DNA from: Lingula anatina
Taxonomy: Eukaryota; Animalia; Brachiopoda
DNA length: 64,000 bases
NCBI GenBank assembly: GCA_051362555.1
Contig: CM120640.1
Span: forward strand, 46,664,788 to 46,728,787
Direction: 5' to 3'
Shown: positions 47,201 to 60,236 of the stretch, in pieces
Position numbering within the stretch: position 1 is the first letter of the stretch
How the letters are laid out: each line of letters opens with the position of its first letter
The notes under the pieces: generated by a model
The model's database searches: none
Told to the model about the DNA's origin: nothing
What the model saw: only the letters and a program-made list of their open reading frames with translations
Translations under genes and position numbers: made by a program

Positions 47201-49392
47201 TTAACCTCTACTAGCGACATCGGGTCGAGAAATGTTAATGTGGCGGCTGGTTCTTCCATTGCTAGACCTAGATTGAAGGGAAATTCATTTACGTTAGATG
47301 AAAAATTATGCCAATGTTGTATAAAAAAGTATTCAGAAAAGGACAGGGGAATAAGAACGGTGTGATTGTCGCGAGCGGTAAACACGTACCCTGTTGATCT
47401 TCAACTTTTGATAGTAACCAATGAGTGTATTCTTATAACGTTTCACATTTTTTACATTAGTCTGTATTCTCGAGGGTTTTTAATTTCGAATTCTTGCAAC
47501 TTTCCACATTATTGAGCGTTTTTCAATGTGTGCGGTGTCTGAATTACAAAAAGAGGCGACGTATGGGGAAAACTGTCCATTTGTTTATCTATTTAACTAT
47601 TTATATAATATTTAAAAATGCAGCCAACTTGCTAAACTAACCTTGTTCTCAGCATGGCTTTAGGTTTGGCGTCACTTTTAGCGTCTGTGTTTAAATCTGC
47701 CCAAGTCTTCCCACTGTCGTCAGAAATCTGCACGGTCAACCCGGGGAAAGCAACATTGGCTTGCAGAGTGTTGCCATTATATCTAAATAAGTCAGATAAT
47801 AATAATAATAATAATAATAATAAGGGTATATTTAACGATTTAAAGACTAATGTGGCTTTCTTAAATTCTATTCATTATTCATTATTTGCGAGTTTAATTT
47901 CTTGAAGATTTCAAATGATGAATATTTCTTGGCTTCTTTTTCTGGGATATCGAGAATGATTCTTGCACCACATTTTTGAAGTTTGTATATGTTTTCTAGT
48001 TTTCCACAGCTGCCCATATAATGGAGCAGTAATCTAGATGAGGTAGTATATGTGCATTATAAAATAGTTTTCTTGTTTCCAATGTTAGATAGCGTTTTAG
48101 TTTGGATAGAAGGGAATCAACTAGGGATGGTTTATTGTAAATTCTTTTTTCATTCCAGTTAAGATTTTCGTTAATATATACCTAAAAGTTTTTCTGATTG
48201 TACATTACCTAAAATTAAAATTATTAATTTTAATTTGATGCCAGACCTGTAGCCAGCAATTTCAGGGGGGTAGGGGTGGGGGTTATGAAAAAGTGGGCCT
48301 ACGTGAGTTCATAAGACCTAGATCAAATTTTGATTCAGAACGGGTGTTTCCGACCAAAGGGGTGGTTCCTCCACACCTTGAGGCATGGATACAAAATGCC
48401 TTAAATAAAAGATGATCATTATGCACTGAAAAAATTAGTATGCAATGAAATATTGAAACATGGGTTGATATATTTCAAGTTATTCACTTTACCTAAAGAT
48501 AGTTTCAAAGATTGATTCATTGTTTTACAACGCTCAACGCGACATCAGTTATGAATAGTTAAGTATAATTTTAAAGTAATTTAACTGGCCACACCATTGT
48601 ACTTACTTGGCGCCGGGACACGGCAGGTAATAAGACACGCCCATTTTGTCTAGGCGTGGCTGTTCCTTATAGCCTAAAAGATTAGCAAATCTTTCCCAGT
48701 CTTTCTTCCTCTGTTTTTCCCTCTCCACTTTGTTTGTAATATCTTCCCAGCTTGCCTTGTGCCACGCTCTTTCAGCTAGGGCCAACAACCGAGGGTAGAC
48801 ATTGAAATCAAATTGTTCGCCAGTGCGCATTGTTTCACTCCATAGATGTCCTTGCATGCCTGTAAAAAGCATGCAATAGCATTTAGAATATTGTACTTAC
48901 TTTTTCAAAATAAATACATAAAAATACGACGCCATTTTTTCTATATTATCTCTTTTAATTATGTATTCTATCACCTTCAACTTCTTGCGTACATCAATGT
49001 CTATTTAATCTCCTCTTCTAGAGCGTAGAATCACGGCTCACTACAAACGGATGATACGTTAGTTTATATTTATATTTACCTATGATATTCTCTGGTTTCT
49101 CTAAAGGCACGCACTGCGTTGAGTCCTTACAAAACTCCTCTTCAGTCAAAGGCTCGCCAGATCGTTTGTAGTCTACATTGGCAAAGAGGTTGTCCGGCAT
49201 GAACCCAAAGGTCTTTCTGGTATCGGTGAACCTAGGCCCCCAGTAATACCCCCTCTCCAAAGGATCTGGTTCTTGAGGGTGATCAAAATACAAGTGTGTG
49301 ACCTGGGACATCACTACCTACAAGCAACAAAGGTGTGCAATTAAGAACTTTCCACAATCCCGTTGATGTGTTTGAACTGGAGGAACAAATAA

Positions 49393-49441
<49 letters not shown>

Positions 49442-52400
49442 ACTTTTCTACGGTCATTTTATATAAGAATATATATCTCCACAGAATTTATTTTTGTGCG
49501 ACATCGTACTTTATATCCCGCATTTGCCAGGTCATACGCACGCCTCGCGGTTCCCCATTCCCAGACGTTTTGCCAAGCATTGCCATAAATTCGACCACTT
49601 TCTAGTTCTGTACGGTTAAAAGGAATCCCTTTTTCGCCTAAAAGTCCATCTTCCCAGGCAGCGAGGCCAAGGCCATGTGTGTCTGTAATAAAAAGAACAG
49701 TGATTAGGTGTATACTGCCAATTTTCAAAGCAAAAACCTTATTTTACTGTTTTGACTCTTTTGACTAGTAGTTTTGATATTATATGTCTTCCTTTTCAAT
49801 GATGATTGACATGCCGATATATAAATCTTTTGGCAATAAATTTATAAATTCACTGTATGGTGATAATTTCATACGTTACACCCTAATAACATAAAAAGTT
49901 CCGACCTGTTATATTGGATACTTTCTTCAAGAACATTTCCATTAAGTGTTCCTTGATACTAGCACTTGTGGCATTGACAGACGGAAAGTAATTTCGGCAA
50001 ATCGTAGAATTTATCCATATCCCATCTGGAACTTCATCACCGCCATAATGAAACCACTTCAATGGCTGAATATCCCGATGCATGTCTATTAGCGCCGATA
50101 CAACATGTTCTACAAATCTATAGGACGACTCTTGACAGGGGTTCAAAGCATTGTCATCAAAATATTGAATTGAAAGATATGTAGAAGTATCATTTGGTTC
50201 GGATAATAAGTATTGGTCTGCTACTGAATCCGGTTCCCCTTTTTCTTTAAGTTTGGCGCTTCTTGCCTTCATAGCGATAATGGCTGCGTGTGAATGGCCA
50301 GGAGTGTCTACCTCTGGTATGACTTCTATGTGCCTGTCGTTTGCGAATCGAAGTATTTCTTTATAATCATCTACAGTGAAATATCCGCTTCCAAGTCCTA
50401 CTCCGTTTGGCAGTGATCCCAGTTGGGATACGACACAGGTTTTCTCTGTAACATCATGACACCGCTTGGAACCAACCTGTAACGATGAAATATCATAATG
50501 CGACAAGAAGGTGGTTATATCTTTATGGTAATTTCAGGGGAATTTCTCATCAATGTATGATTTGAAATCACATCACATCTTTTTATATGATACTGCTTTC
50601 CCACCCCAACAAAGAATGGATAGACATTTTGAAACGCACACAATCAGAGCGTTTTTTTTTTTTTTTCAAATTAAACTTAGGTTTAAGTGAGCCTAGCCTG
50701 AATCAGTTGGAAAAGTGTTAGCAGTACTTACTGATGTCAACTCTTCTAATCCAGGTATTTCCAATCTCCACCCTTCGTCGTCTGATAAATGAAGATGGAA
50801 CTTATTCAATTTATATGACGCCATTACTTTAAGCAGCTTCAAAATATCTTCCTTCGTCCTAAAATTCCTAGCAACATCCACATACATTCCACGGAATGCA
50901 TACCTGGGGGCGTCCCTTACTGCTATTTTAGGTAGTTTATTGTCCAGTGTTATCAAGCTCAGCAATGTCTGTATGCCATAGAAAATTCCGGGAGCGGACG
51001 CTGATTGAATTTCTACATTTTTATTGCTATCGCTTATAGCAATGCTGTATGCCTCTGTGCTGGAACCCAAGCCACCTACTTTCACGTTCCCTTCTCTTAA
51101 AATGATAGCTTTCTGTTGCGGCCCTGGGGCAGAGTCCACCACAGTCAGAGTTAAAGCATCTAAAAAATTGATTTAAAAAGCTAAATATAACAAATGAGTT
51201 ATTGGAAATTTTGATAATTGACAGCGAAACAATACTGAACCCTTGGTTCAATACTCAAAGTTTCATTTCTACATAGGCCTGTGATTCAATACTCATTGTT
51301 TCATTTCTACATAGGCTTCATAATGTATAAAATGGCTTGCTGCTCGATTCTCATTTGATACACAGCCGACACAAAAATGAAATTTTAGATATTAAAAAGA
51401 AGAAATGCCTCATACCCGTCAAACTCCACGTCTCGTTGGAAAACTTAGGGTCAGCATACAGCATCCAGTCCCCACTTCCCAAATCCAACATGACGTTCGA
51501 GTCAACCGTCAACTGCACAGGTTTTGGAATCACTCCCAGTGGACTCTTCCCGAGGTTTGATATGTCGTTCAGTTTGTATCGCTTTTCAGGGGTGTAAGGG
51601 TCGTAATAATCCTTCAGATCTTCGTAGTTGTATCGCTTCCATTTGACGGCTGAATCCAGGGGGCTGACAAAGTTGAGGCTTTCACCTGAAGTACTTTGTA
51701 TGACCCGAGGACTTAAAGATGAATTCGAACTCGCTACGTACCTGAAACCGGCATTTAATCAACATTCAAAAAAGGTGTATTCAGATTGTACTTTGTCTGC
51801 GCAGTAAGGGATTGAAATACAATTTAAAGTTATGGTCATTTCAACCAAACGCTTGTTTTCAGTCAAATGAAAGGTTATGTTTCTGTTGATATAGGATGGC
51901 AATTATCATAATAATAATTACGAAAATATTGTAACCGATTAACACCCACAAAGGTTTCATTTGTCATTATAAACATTATTAGAGAAATATTACTCGATAA
52001 ATATGCATGAAATCATTAAGAAATCAGACAAAAATATTGTACATTGTATAATCACTCTTTTATCAAATATATTTATGGCCAGTTTGTTTTTAAACCTTAC
52101 CAATTTGGCATAATATCTGTCACGGCAACTGACCAGTATTCTCCCTTGAACTTAATGTCAAGTCGTTGTCCACCTGATAAAGTTTTAAAACCGTCATCTG
52201 GCTGCAACTTGAAAAGGCAACCCTTAATGTGGTAAATCTCTATTCCAGCTGTTTTATAAGCTAGACCATCTGGGTACGGCAGGTTGTCTGGCTCTATAAG
52301 TCTTATGTGACAAAAGTATATGGCCCAGTCGCCTTTATCAATCGGTTTTAAACCTTTATTTGTCAGTGAAATCTGCGCGTCGTAAGTCTTCCACGTATCT

Positions 52401-55400
52401 ACGGTGTTGTCTATAATGTCATAGCGGATTTCAAGGTTATCACCCACGTAATCCAACGTTTGCTGCGTCTGGCCCAATACTGAAATCAAGAAAGAAATGA
52501 CAAATCAATAAATAACTTTTACTATTTGTCAAATTATGGGATAAATCGAAAGGGCATTTTATCCACAGTAATGAACATATTGGTGTTTTCTAACGATTAT
52601 ATGCGTAATAAATCTGCTTTAAGGTTCCCTTGGTTGTTGCACGAGATACAAAATTACCGTCCATATTAAGATAAATGGTGTAATATTATTTGCGATGGTT
52701 GTCGTTATTACTATTACCGGATCACAATAACAATCACTGAAGTTGTGAGATAAACGTACTAACTGTGTCAAAGTATACATTCTCCTGTAGTAAGGCCTGT
52801 CTATTCCATGTTTTTCTCTCTCTTTCTATTCCTTGTTTGTCAACCATATTTACGAATATATACCCAGAGCAGAACAAGAGATCCAGGTGTGTACATGTAG
52901 GCTATGTGGCTGGCAATCATGTCTGTTTTCAAGACGCTTTGAAAAATTGTGTGCACTTTGTTTCTCAATTAAAACGTGTCTTGAACAGTCCTCTCCCCCC
53001 CCCCCCCCCCCCAATTGCACCATAGCATCAGGGACTGGCTTAGTCGCCGCTCTGTTTTTCTAAATTGAAATTATTTGCTATCGTGGCATCAGCGCAACGC
53101 CGTTAGTGGCTTTGGACACACAGGGTTAACAGGCGGTACAAACAGTGAACTGTAAGCAGCATAAGCAGCATAAATAACCTTAGATAAATTACGTGACCTG
53201 AATCCATGATTTAGTTGTAATTGCTATTTGATCTCTAAGGTGGGTCCATTGCCTGCTTTATTTCACAAACAGTCTTATTACTTTTTTTTTTTTTGAAAGT
53301 TCGCATTAAGTGCGCTACTATCAAAATCTCCCTCTCCGAGTCGATCTCGGGTCTTTCTGGTATGTCCTATTACCAGGCTGTACTCTTCGATATACACAAG
53401 ATACTGTGCTCTACTTGTTTAATGTAGGCCCTCACAATTAAGGCTTTTGGATTTTTTCTTTTTAGATATTGCTGATTTTTATTTTACGTTAGTAAAAGTG
53501 AATGTACTGTTTCTGACAATAAGGGAGTCAAAAAAATACGGCACGAAATTGTCACTCAGAAGGTCGCACTCCATGCAGATATTTAATCATGTTGTTCTAT
53601 AAAATAACACACCGATAAAATGATATGACAATTAATGGATGGGACTTTAGTCTACTCAGATAAATTAGTGTAATAAAAATTCCATAATATATACAGAGAA
53701 GAGAACGAGACTGATTATTGGAAACTGGATAGTCCGAAAGGCTGGATAATTGGGCTAACTGTGAGACATGGGATTTCACACTTTGCTAATAAATTTAGCA
53801 TCTTAGTCATTTGAAGGTACCAAAACTACTTGCACGAATAAGAATAAAATGGAGATTTACTATGCATAAAATATTTAATCTCACATGTCGTAAAATCGGA
53901 ATTTATGAACAGAAATGTAAATTTCAGAAAGACGGATAAGAAAGGGGTTACAGGAGATTTGAATGAATGAATAAAAAGAAGTCAGCCTGAGCATTAGTGG
54001 TAAGGCATCGAAAAATCTGGTCCGAAAACTATGAGGTTTTGACAATGGGTTACATATTTTAAGCAGGTTTCAGACCATTAAATTTTCTTAATCTGGACAA
54101 TAAAATACCAACGTTCAGGTTTATATGTATATTTTTATTAATGCTGAATAGTGTAAGCTGATCCAAACGGGCAAACCTCAATATTTGTTTGTTTATTTGT
54201 TATGTTTGACATTAAGGAAGTTCAAGGAAAATCCAAAACAGAAACATTCAGTTAATATCAGATAGGTCAAGGGCTTTATAGTCCGGTGGCTTAAGGAAAA
54301 AATCGTGACACGGCGGATAAAAGCACCAAATTTTGCATGTGGGTACCTTTTGACATTCTAAATCAAATAAGAGCCGTAGCCCACGGAAAAAATTTACCGT
54401 TTGGCCAAAAAATCCAAAATGGCCGCCAATTTATTGAAATCTTTAGAATTATGTACATACCTATGTTGATTTTTATCAAATAAATTATTTTCTCAGAGTT
54501 TTCCACACCCTTATTAACCATTTTATTCATATATGTCAGATAGCAAACAAGTTCCCTTGGACTTTTTGAAAAAATCCAAGATGGCTGTCATTTGCCATAG
54601 AAACAGCCATAGGAATACTAGTGCACAACTATTACCAGCTAGAACGATACGTTGTCCACTATCAAATTAAGTCTGTTTCTCAGATCTTTGTTACCCACAT
54701 AATATGTTTGTGGTGAGTAACTACGAAATGTTCTTGGGCATTTTGGAAAATCCAAGATGGCTGCCATGTGCCACAGGAGTTCTAGTAAACGGGGGATTCA
54801 ACTAATGGCAACTGGAAAGATTAGTTTTTCACTATCAAATTAAGCTGGTTTCTGAGTGTTTTCCACATCCTTTCTACCCACACAATATGTATGTGGTGAG
54901 TAACTAACAGTATTCTTGAGCATTTGAAGAAAATCCAAGATGGCCGTCATATGTAATAGGAATACTTCTAGTATTACAAAGGGTTGGAACTAATGCCAAC
55001 TAATTCACTATCAAATTCAGTTTATTTTTTTAGTGTTTAACACATTATTATTATTACACTGTGATACATATCTAGCAGGTAATAAATGTGCATATTTGAT
55101 CATTTTGAGAAAACCCAAGATGGCCGTCACTGGCCATAGGAATACTACTGGAATTACAACTGCACATCCATGGCTTTTCATCTACTACCAGGGTGAATTT
55201 GTGTTTGCTTATCAAGTTTTGCCCATCCTTAAAAAGTGTGCATTCTTGGATATTCTGAGAAAAAGATACCTACAATTTAACATAGGAATACTAGGTGGGT
55301 TTCAATTGCTGCTAGAGAGGCATATGGTTCATTATACAATTACATTTCCATGGGTTTGTTTTAAAAATAATTCATGATTTTCATTCCATTTATTATTACC

Positions 55401-56998
55401 CCTATGATGTATACCTGGTCTGTAGTATAGCATGTGTGTATCTTTGGGTATTCTGAAAAAATTCAAGATGTCTGTCTTTTGTCATTAGAATATTCGAACA
55501 CATAATCAAATAATGCTAGAGATACACTGAGTACGATTTAAATGTAGTTAACTTTGGGTCGTTTTTAAATGTTTTTCATATCCTATTTATCCTTATGAAA
55601 GACTCTGTGTGTTTTGAAAGTGTATGTATCCTTGAGTATTATTCGGAGAAAACCCAAGAATAGTACATTCAGCTACTGCCAGAGAGACATTGGGTTCAAT
55701 ATAAAATGAATTTTGTTTCTCGGTATTTCCCACGTTCCTTTTGGACTTTTAGATATCTATCTGGTGGGTAACAAGTGTATACCCTTCAGTATTTTGAAAA
55801 AACATCATGATTACCCTCATTTGCCTTAGAAGTGCCTATAAAATCTAATGCACCAGTTTTCCTATGGGGAAAAGAAGGCCATCTTGGATTTCCCCAAAAT
55901 GATAAAATATGGACATTAATTACTTAGCAGATATGTATCATGGGATAATAATACTAAAAAAAAAAACAGAATAACAACTGAATTCAGCTTCATTTTATTT
56001 GTAAGCCTATCTCTAGCAGGTATTAACTGAACCCCACCTTCTATGGCTAATGGCAGCCATTTTGTTTTGTTTTGTTTTCAAAAAGGATACACATAACATT
56101 CTCATCACATATGTATTATGTAAATTAAAAAGATGTGGAAAATACTCAGAAAGAAACCTAATTTATCAATTAATATTATATCTCCATGGCAGAAGAAGCC
56201 CTATGTGTATACTAGTATTCCTTTGATATGGGGGCCATCTTGGATTTTTCTCGAATTTCCTGTGAATAAAGGTCAGTTACTCACCACAAATATATTATTT
56301 GTGTAATAAGAAACAAAACTAATTAGATAGTGGGCAATGCATCTTCCTAGTTGGCATTAGTTAGTTGAAAACCCTTGTACCTTGTACATGTTCTAGTATT
56401 CCTATGTCATATGGCGGCCATCTTGGATTTTTCAATAAGTCCAAGGACACTAGTTTGTTATCTGACACATATGCATAATATGGGTAATAAGGATGTGGAA
56501 AACATTGAGAAAATACTTAATTTGATAAAAATCAACATAGATATGTATATATTTCTACAAAATTTCACAAATTGGCGGCCATTTTGGATTTTTTGGCCAA
56601 ACGGTAAATTTTTTCCGTGGGCTACGGCTCTAATTTGATTTAGTATGTCAAAAGGTACCCACATGCAAAATTTGGTGCTTTTATCCGCTGTGTCACGATT
56701 TGGCCATTTTTTTGCCCTAAGCAACCGGACTATTACCTCGGATAGCTGAATGACCTTACCGCAGTTTGTCTACCCCCTTGCAAAAACTTTTCTTGATAGA
56801 TTATTGAGATCATCATTCCAAATCTATAAGTCTTACAGCGTTAAAGAACGAATGCTAAGCTTGTCCTATTTCTAGTAAAAAAAAACACGGTTCCGCAACT
56901 TGTATTCCGATCGTCTTACCTGTATTACTTGATATGCAGACCAAAAACAATGCCAATAAGACGTAACTTAACGGCGTTTCTCCCCAAGATTTTGCCAT
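47201..56998 (-). CDS. Secreted GH20 beta-N-acetylhexosaminidase of chitobiase architecture; 884 aa, 10 coding exons
   Basis: Exons 56998-56920, 52479-52101, 51741-51416, 51159-50732, 50476-49906, 49682-49510, 49317-49080, 48859-48607, 47782-47642, 47267-47201; 2655 nt in frame. Motifs DAPRYAFRGMYVDVARNF, NKFHLHLSDDEGWR, IPEVDTPGH, catalytic FHYGGDE, LYFD, QGHLWSET and YPRLLALAERAW. Confidence 0.95.
47796..47823. repeat. (AAT)n microsatellite
   Basis: Direct reading. Confidence 0.93.
49396..49437. repeat. (CT)n microsatellite
   Basis: Direct reading. Confidence 0.95.
54279..56732. mobile_element. 2454-bp non-autonomous foldback DNA transposon with long TIRs and 3-bp TTA TSD (Academ-like, tentative) in hexosaminidase intron 1
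   Basis: tta|TAGTCCGGTGGCTTA ... TAAGCAACCGGACTA|tta; TIR similarity over about 300 bp; AAAATCCAAGATGGC repeats every ~165-185 bp in the left arm and inverted in the right arm; no transposase. Confidence 0.85.
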
Positions 56999-57054
56999 TT
57001 TTCTGCCAATGGCCTATCGTTTCTCCTGCTTATGATTTCCGTGCTGACGCCTCA

Positions 57055-57060
57055 TTTATA
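57055..57060 (-). promoter_or_regulatory. Candidate TATA box of the hexosaminidase gene
   Basis: TATAAA on the minus strand about 57 nt upstream of the ATG at 56998, with a TGACG half-site just upstream. Confidence 0.55.
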
Positions 57061-57359
57061 TGCTAACGTCAAGAAGCCTGCTTATCATGTTGTCAGGCGT
57101 TCAGTGTATTAATGACATAGCTAACTAACAGGTCTACTGATAAAAAGTATAGCAAAAATGATTTGCAGAATTAAATTATAGTGTTCACCAATGGGAACAG
57201 CATTTTACCTGGACCACTAAAAAACGCGCAATCACGTTTTGATAAACGTTAATCGCTTACACCACATTGTTTATTTGTATACCACCCTGCTGATAATTGA
57301 TTATATTTGATCTTCTTATTTTTATCACTGCTGCAACGCCTGCCAACATGTGCGCGTCA

Positions 57360-59202
57360 GCGATTAACAAAAATTAAAAACAGCAAATTTTAATTTTGTT
57401 CAGCAAAGTTTTATTTCAAGAGATATAAGTGAACTAACAAATAGCCGTAATGGGGTAATAAAGACTAGAGGGTGGAATGAGAATCATTTAAATGTTACGC
57501 TCCCCAAATACACGGTCGTGCAAACAGCCAGTTCCAGACTGAAAAAAATTTCATCAAAATGATACCATCTTAGTCATCTTATCTCTAAAATATATTATGT
57601 CCATTTCAAAATGATAATGAACGAAGTTTGTTTTTCATTTCGTAGTTTTCAGTAGAATACACATCTGATACGTACTGCGGATCTGTTATGGAACCTACAT
57701 ATTTTGGCGGGGCACATGCGCTTCTACTTAATGCTTTCCTGTATAAATGGCCGTGCATATGATTACCAGTTCTCCTATATAGCTTAGCTATACATTTCTG
57801 ACCTGGTTCAATTTCCATTGAATGTTATTTCGTTGAATATTCCGTTGACTCTTTGTTGCTTCCTGAGTTGTGCTATACGGAAACCAAAACGCGTAAGGAG
57901 AAACTCGCAACCTAGTTCAATCGGAAACAGAAACTTTGTTATGTAATTTTAAGTAATCTATTATATCAACCCTAATTTCGTGTTTCATGTTTCAATATCA
58001 GATTAATGAGGTAACTGAGAAAAAAAATATGTTCAATAGATATTTGACGTTGGGTTCAATGCCAAAGCTGCCAGAGCGGCTAAAGGCTTTCGGTAGCCTA
58101 TAGAGATACAGGATAAAAGTTTTAATATATTTGACATTTTATATTAATAAAAGAAACCTTTTAGTATAGCATGTCTGATAATCTAATCCGATATCGAAGA
58201 CTTTCTTAATTTCATTCAATCAAGTATCAACCAAGAACTGGATCAGGAGAACCCATGTACCGACTAATTGACTGATGTTTATCTTTTCATAAGCATTTGG
58301 TCGCCCTGAATAAGAATCGATGGTACTCAAGGACTATTATATATTATTTTAAGCGCTTATGAACGTCGTGTCTATTTTGAGCCAGGCAAAAGGCATCAGC
58401 CCCCACCCCCTCAAAAATGCTTGATGCCTACTCCATTTACACTTTTTGGGGTGGTTTGGTGTTCTGATTTTAAAGAGGTCACCAAAAATGTGATACCAGG
58501 TCGACAAAAATGTTCTACATTTGGAAGGCCTTATGACCGAGGCCTATGAGTAGTTGCAGATTTTTTTTACTGATGTTGCAATGTAGTGTGCGTCTTCGTC
58601 ATTTCTGCCACGGTTTTCATAAAAAAAATGAAAACATGCGCCAGTAGTGTTTTATGGGTCCTAGGCACAACTTCGTACTTGTTAAACTTTGGTTTCTAAA
58701 AGGAAAATAGCTTGTGTTCCTCATGTTCGTGTCACTTGGTGTTTGCCGTCCGTCGTTACAAAATATAGTAATATTTTAACTGTGAGGAGCGTTTTGATCT
58801 AAAACTATTCACAAAATGTGTTTCAGATAGGTATTTGTGATTTAAATCGGAAACCACACACGCACCTTTACATTCTAGTTATTAATCCAGGTTAAACACT
58901 TGTCCTATTTAGACCATTTTCACATATCATAGCTAGTCTTGGTTATTTGTAAGAAAAGCAATGAATCATTTGAAACTCAAAGTGCCTGGGAATTTGGTGG
59001 AAGATGAGGAAAGTTCTGTTTTGAAAACCTCATGACATGACCGAAAAAGGATTGCACTCGAAACGGTTATTGTACAACATATCAAGTTATAGCATTTCTA
59101 TTCAGCATACGTAAATACATTGTATGTCCATCGGAAGATTTTGAGAGAGGCAATAAGAAAGTGGTATGCATTGCGTCAGGTGTGAAGCTCTACTACTGCA
59201 AT
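57360..59202 (+). repeat. Copy 2 of the ~2-kb direct segmental repeat
   Basis: Collinear with 44016-46292; offset 13344 nt at the left end. Confidence 0.93.
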
Positions 59203-59575
59203 AAAGTACAGTGAAACTCCTCTACATATTTGTGCATACTATTCGAGCATCCTTCGTGTGAATTTCTCAAAATATGGTATATCACCACTTCATGGAACAA
59301 ATGCTCTGATTTTTCTGACAAATCGACTTCATAGGATAAAATGCGACTTCATCTCCACATAAGATATTTCCTGCGACTTCATGGGATAATGGTGAAAAAG
59401 TACTTGTTATTGGCCCAACGTTATGAGAGTTAACGTTTTTGAAATATAATGTTTTTGTACTGTAAATATTATCCAACATAGGTAAACTGTACGTTTTTAT
59501 TTACTTGTATGACTGAATAGGTTTCTTTAGTGTATTGGGTGTAGGCCCTATGTTTTGACCAATTTTAAAATACAC

Positions 59576-59696
59576 AGGCATATGTAGGTGAGGATCCAGG
59601 ATTTCTGAAAAATCAGTACATTATGGGAAATTATGGTCAGCGTTGAAAAAAGGGGGTCCAGACCCCCTGGGCCCTACCTTTCCAGACCCACTTGAT
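59576..59696. mobile_element. Short GC-rich MITE-like fragment
   Basis: GGATCCAGGATTT ... AGGGGGTCCAGACCCCCT hairpin ... CCAGACCCACTTG; resembles common short hAT-type elements, from memory only. Confidence 0.35.
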
Positions 59697-60236
59697 ACAT
59701 AAAATTACTGGATCATGTAAACCAGGCTATGAAAAAATAATTTACGCGTAGGTTACTGGATTATAAGAAAGATAAATTAACAAATAGGAATCAAGTATTA
59801 AACATAAATAAATAGATAATAGTGTTGAAAAAGAAGCAGAGAAGGTACATATATATAATTGTGCACTACAATCGTCTTGATCAAGTCGCGTCCCACTCTG
59901 AAAAGACTAATTTTTCCATGAGGAAAGACACTCGCAGGTGTAATGCTTTTAGCAACCAATTTCTTTAAAGTAACTGGAACAATTTGAAATAATTTAGAGA
60001 TAGAGTCGGGGTGGGAACGGGGTTGCCCTAACACAATAGGCTGAATCTGGTGTCTGCCCCCGGGGTGGATGATTTATATTTTATGCATATCACAATTTTA
60101 GTCATCTCCCCCAAGAACACAACAATCAGTTTTTAATTGGATTCCTTGACCTACATTCAAGCACTCAGCTGTCCAGTGCTGTGTGCTGCCTTTTTCTTTT
60201 TCAAATTAAGGGCCCATTCACAATCATAATGACAGT

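Noticed and set aside
47194-47385. 63-aa ORF as the last hexosaminidase exon
   Set aside because: The acceptor before 47267 in another frame gives the chitobiase-like RSSNGRTSR ending and fits phase 2.
47201-56998. Bacterial contamination
   Set aside because: Nine GT-AG introns, animal repeats inside them, and contiguous animal genes.
57606-57818. 70-aa ORF in the duplicated block
   Set aside because: No recognisable domain, and the homologous region of copy 1 has no matching ORF in the track.
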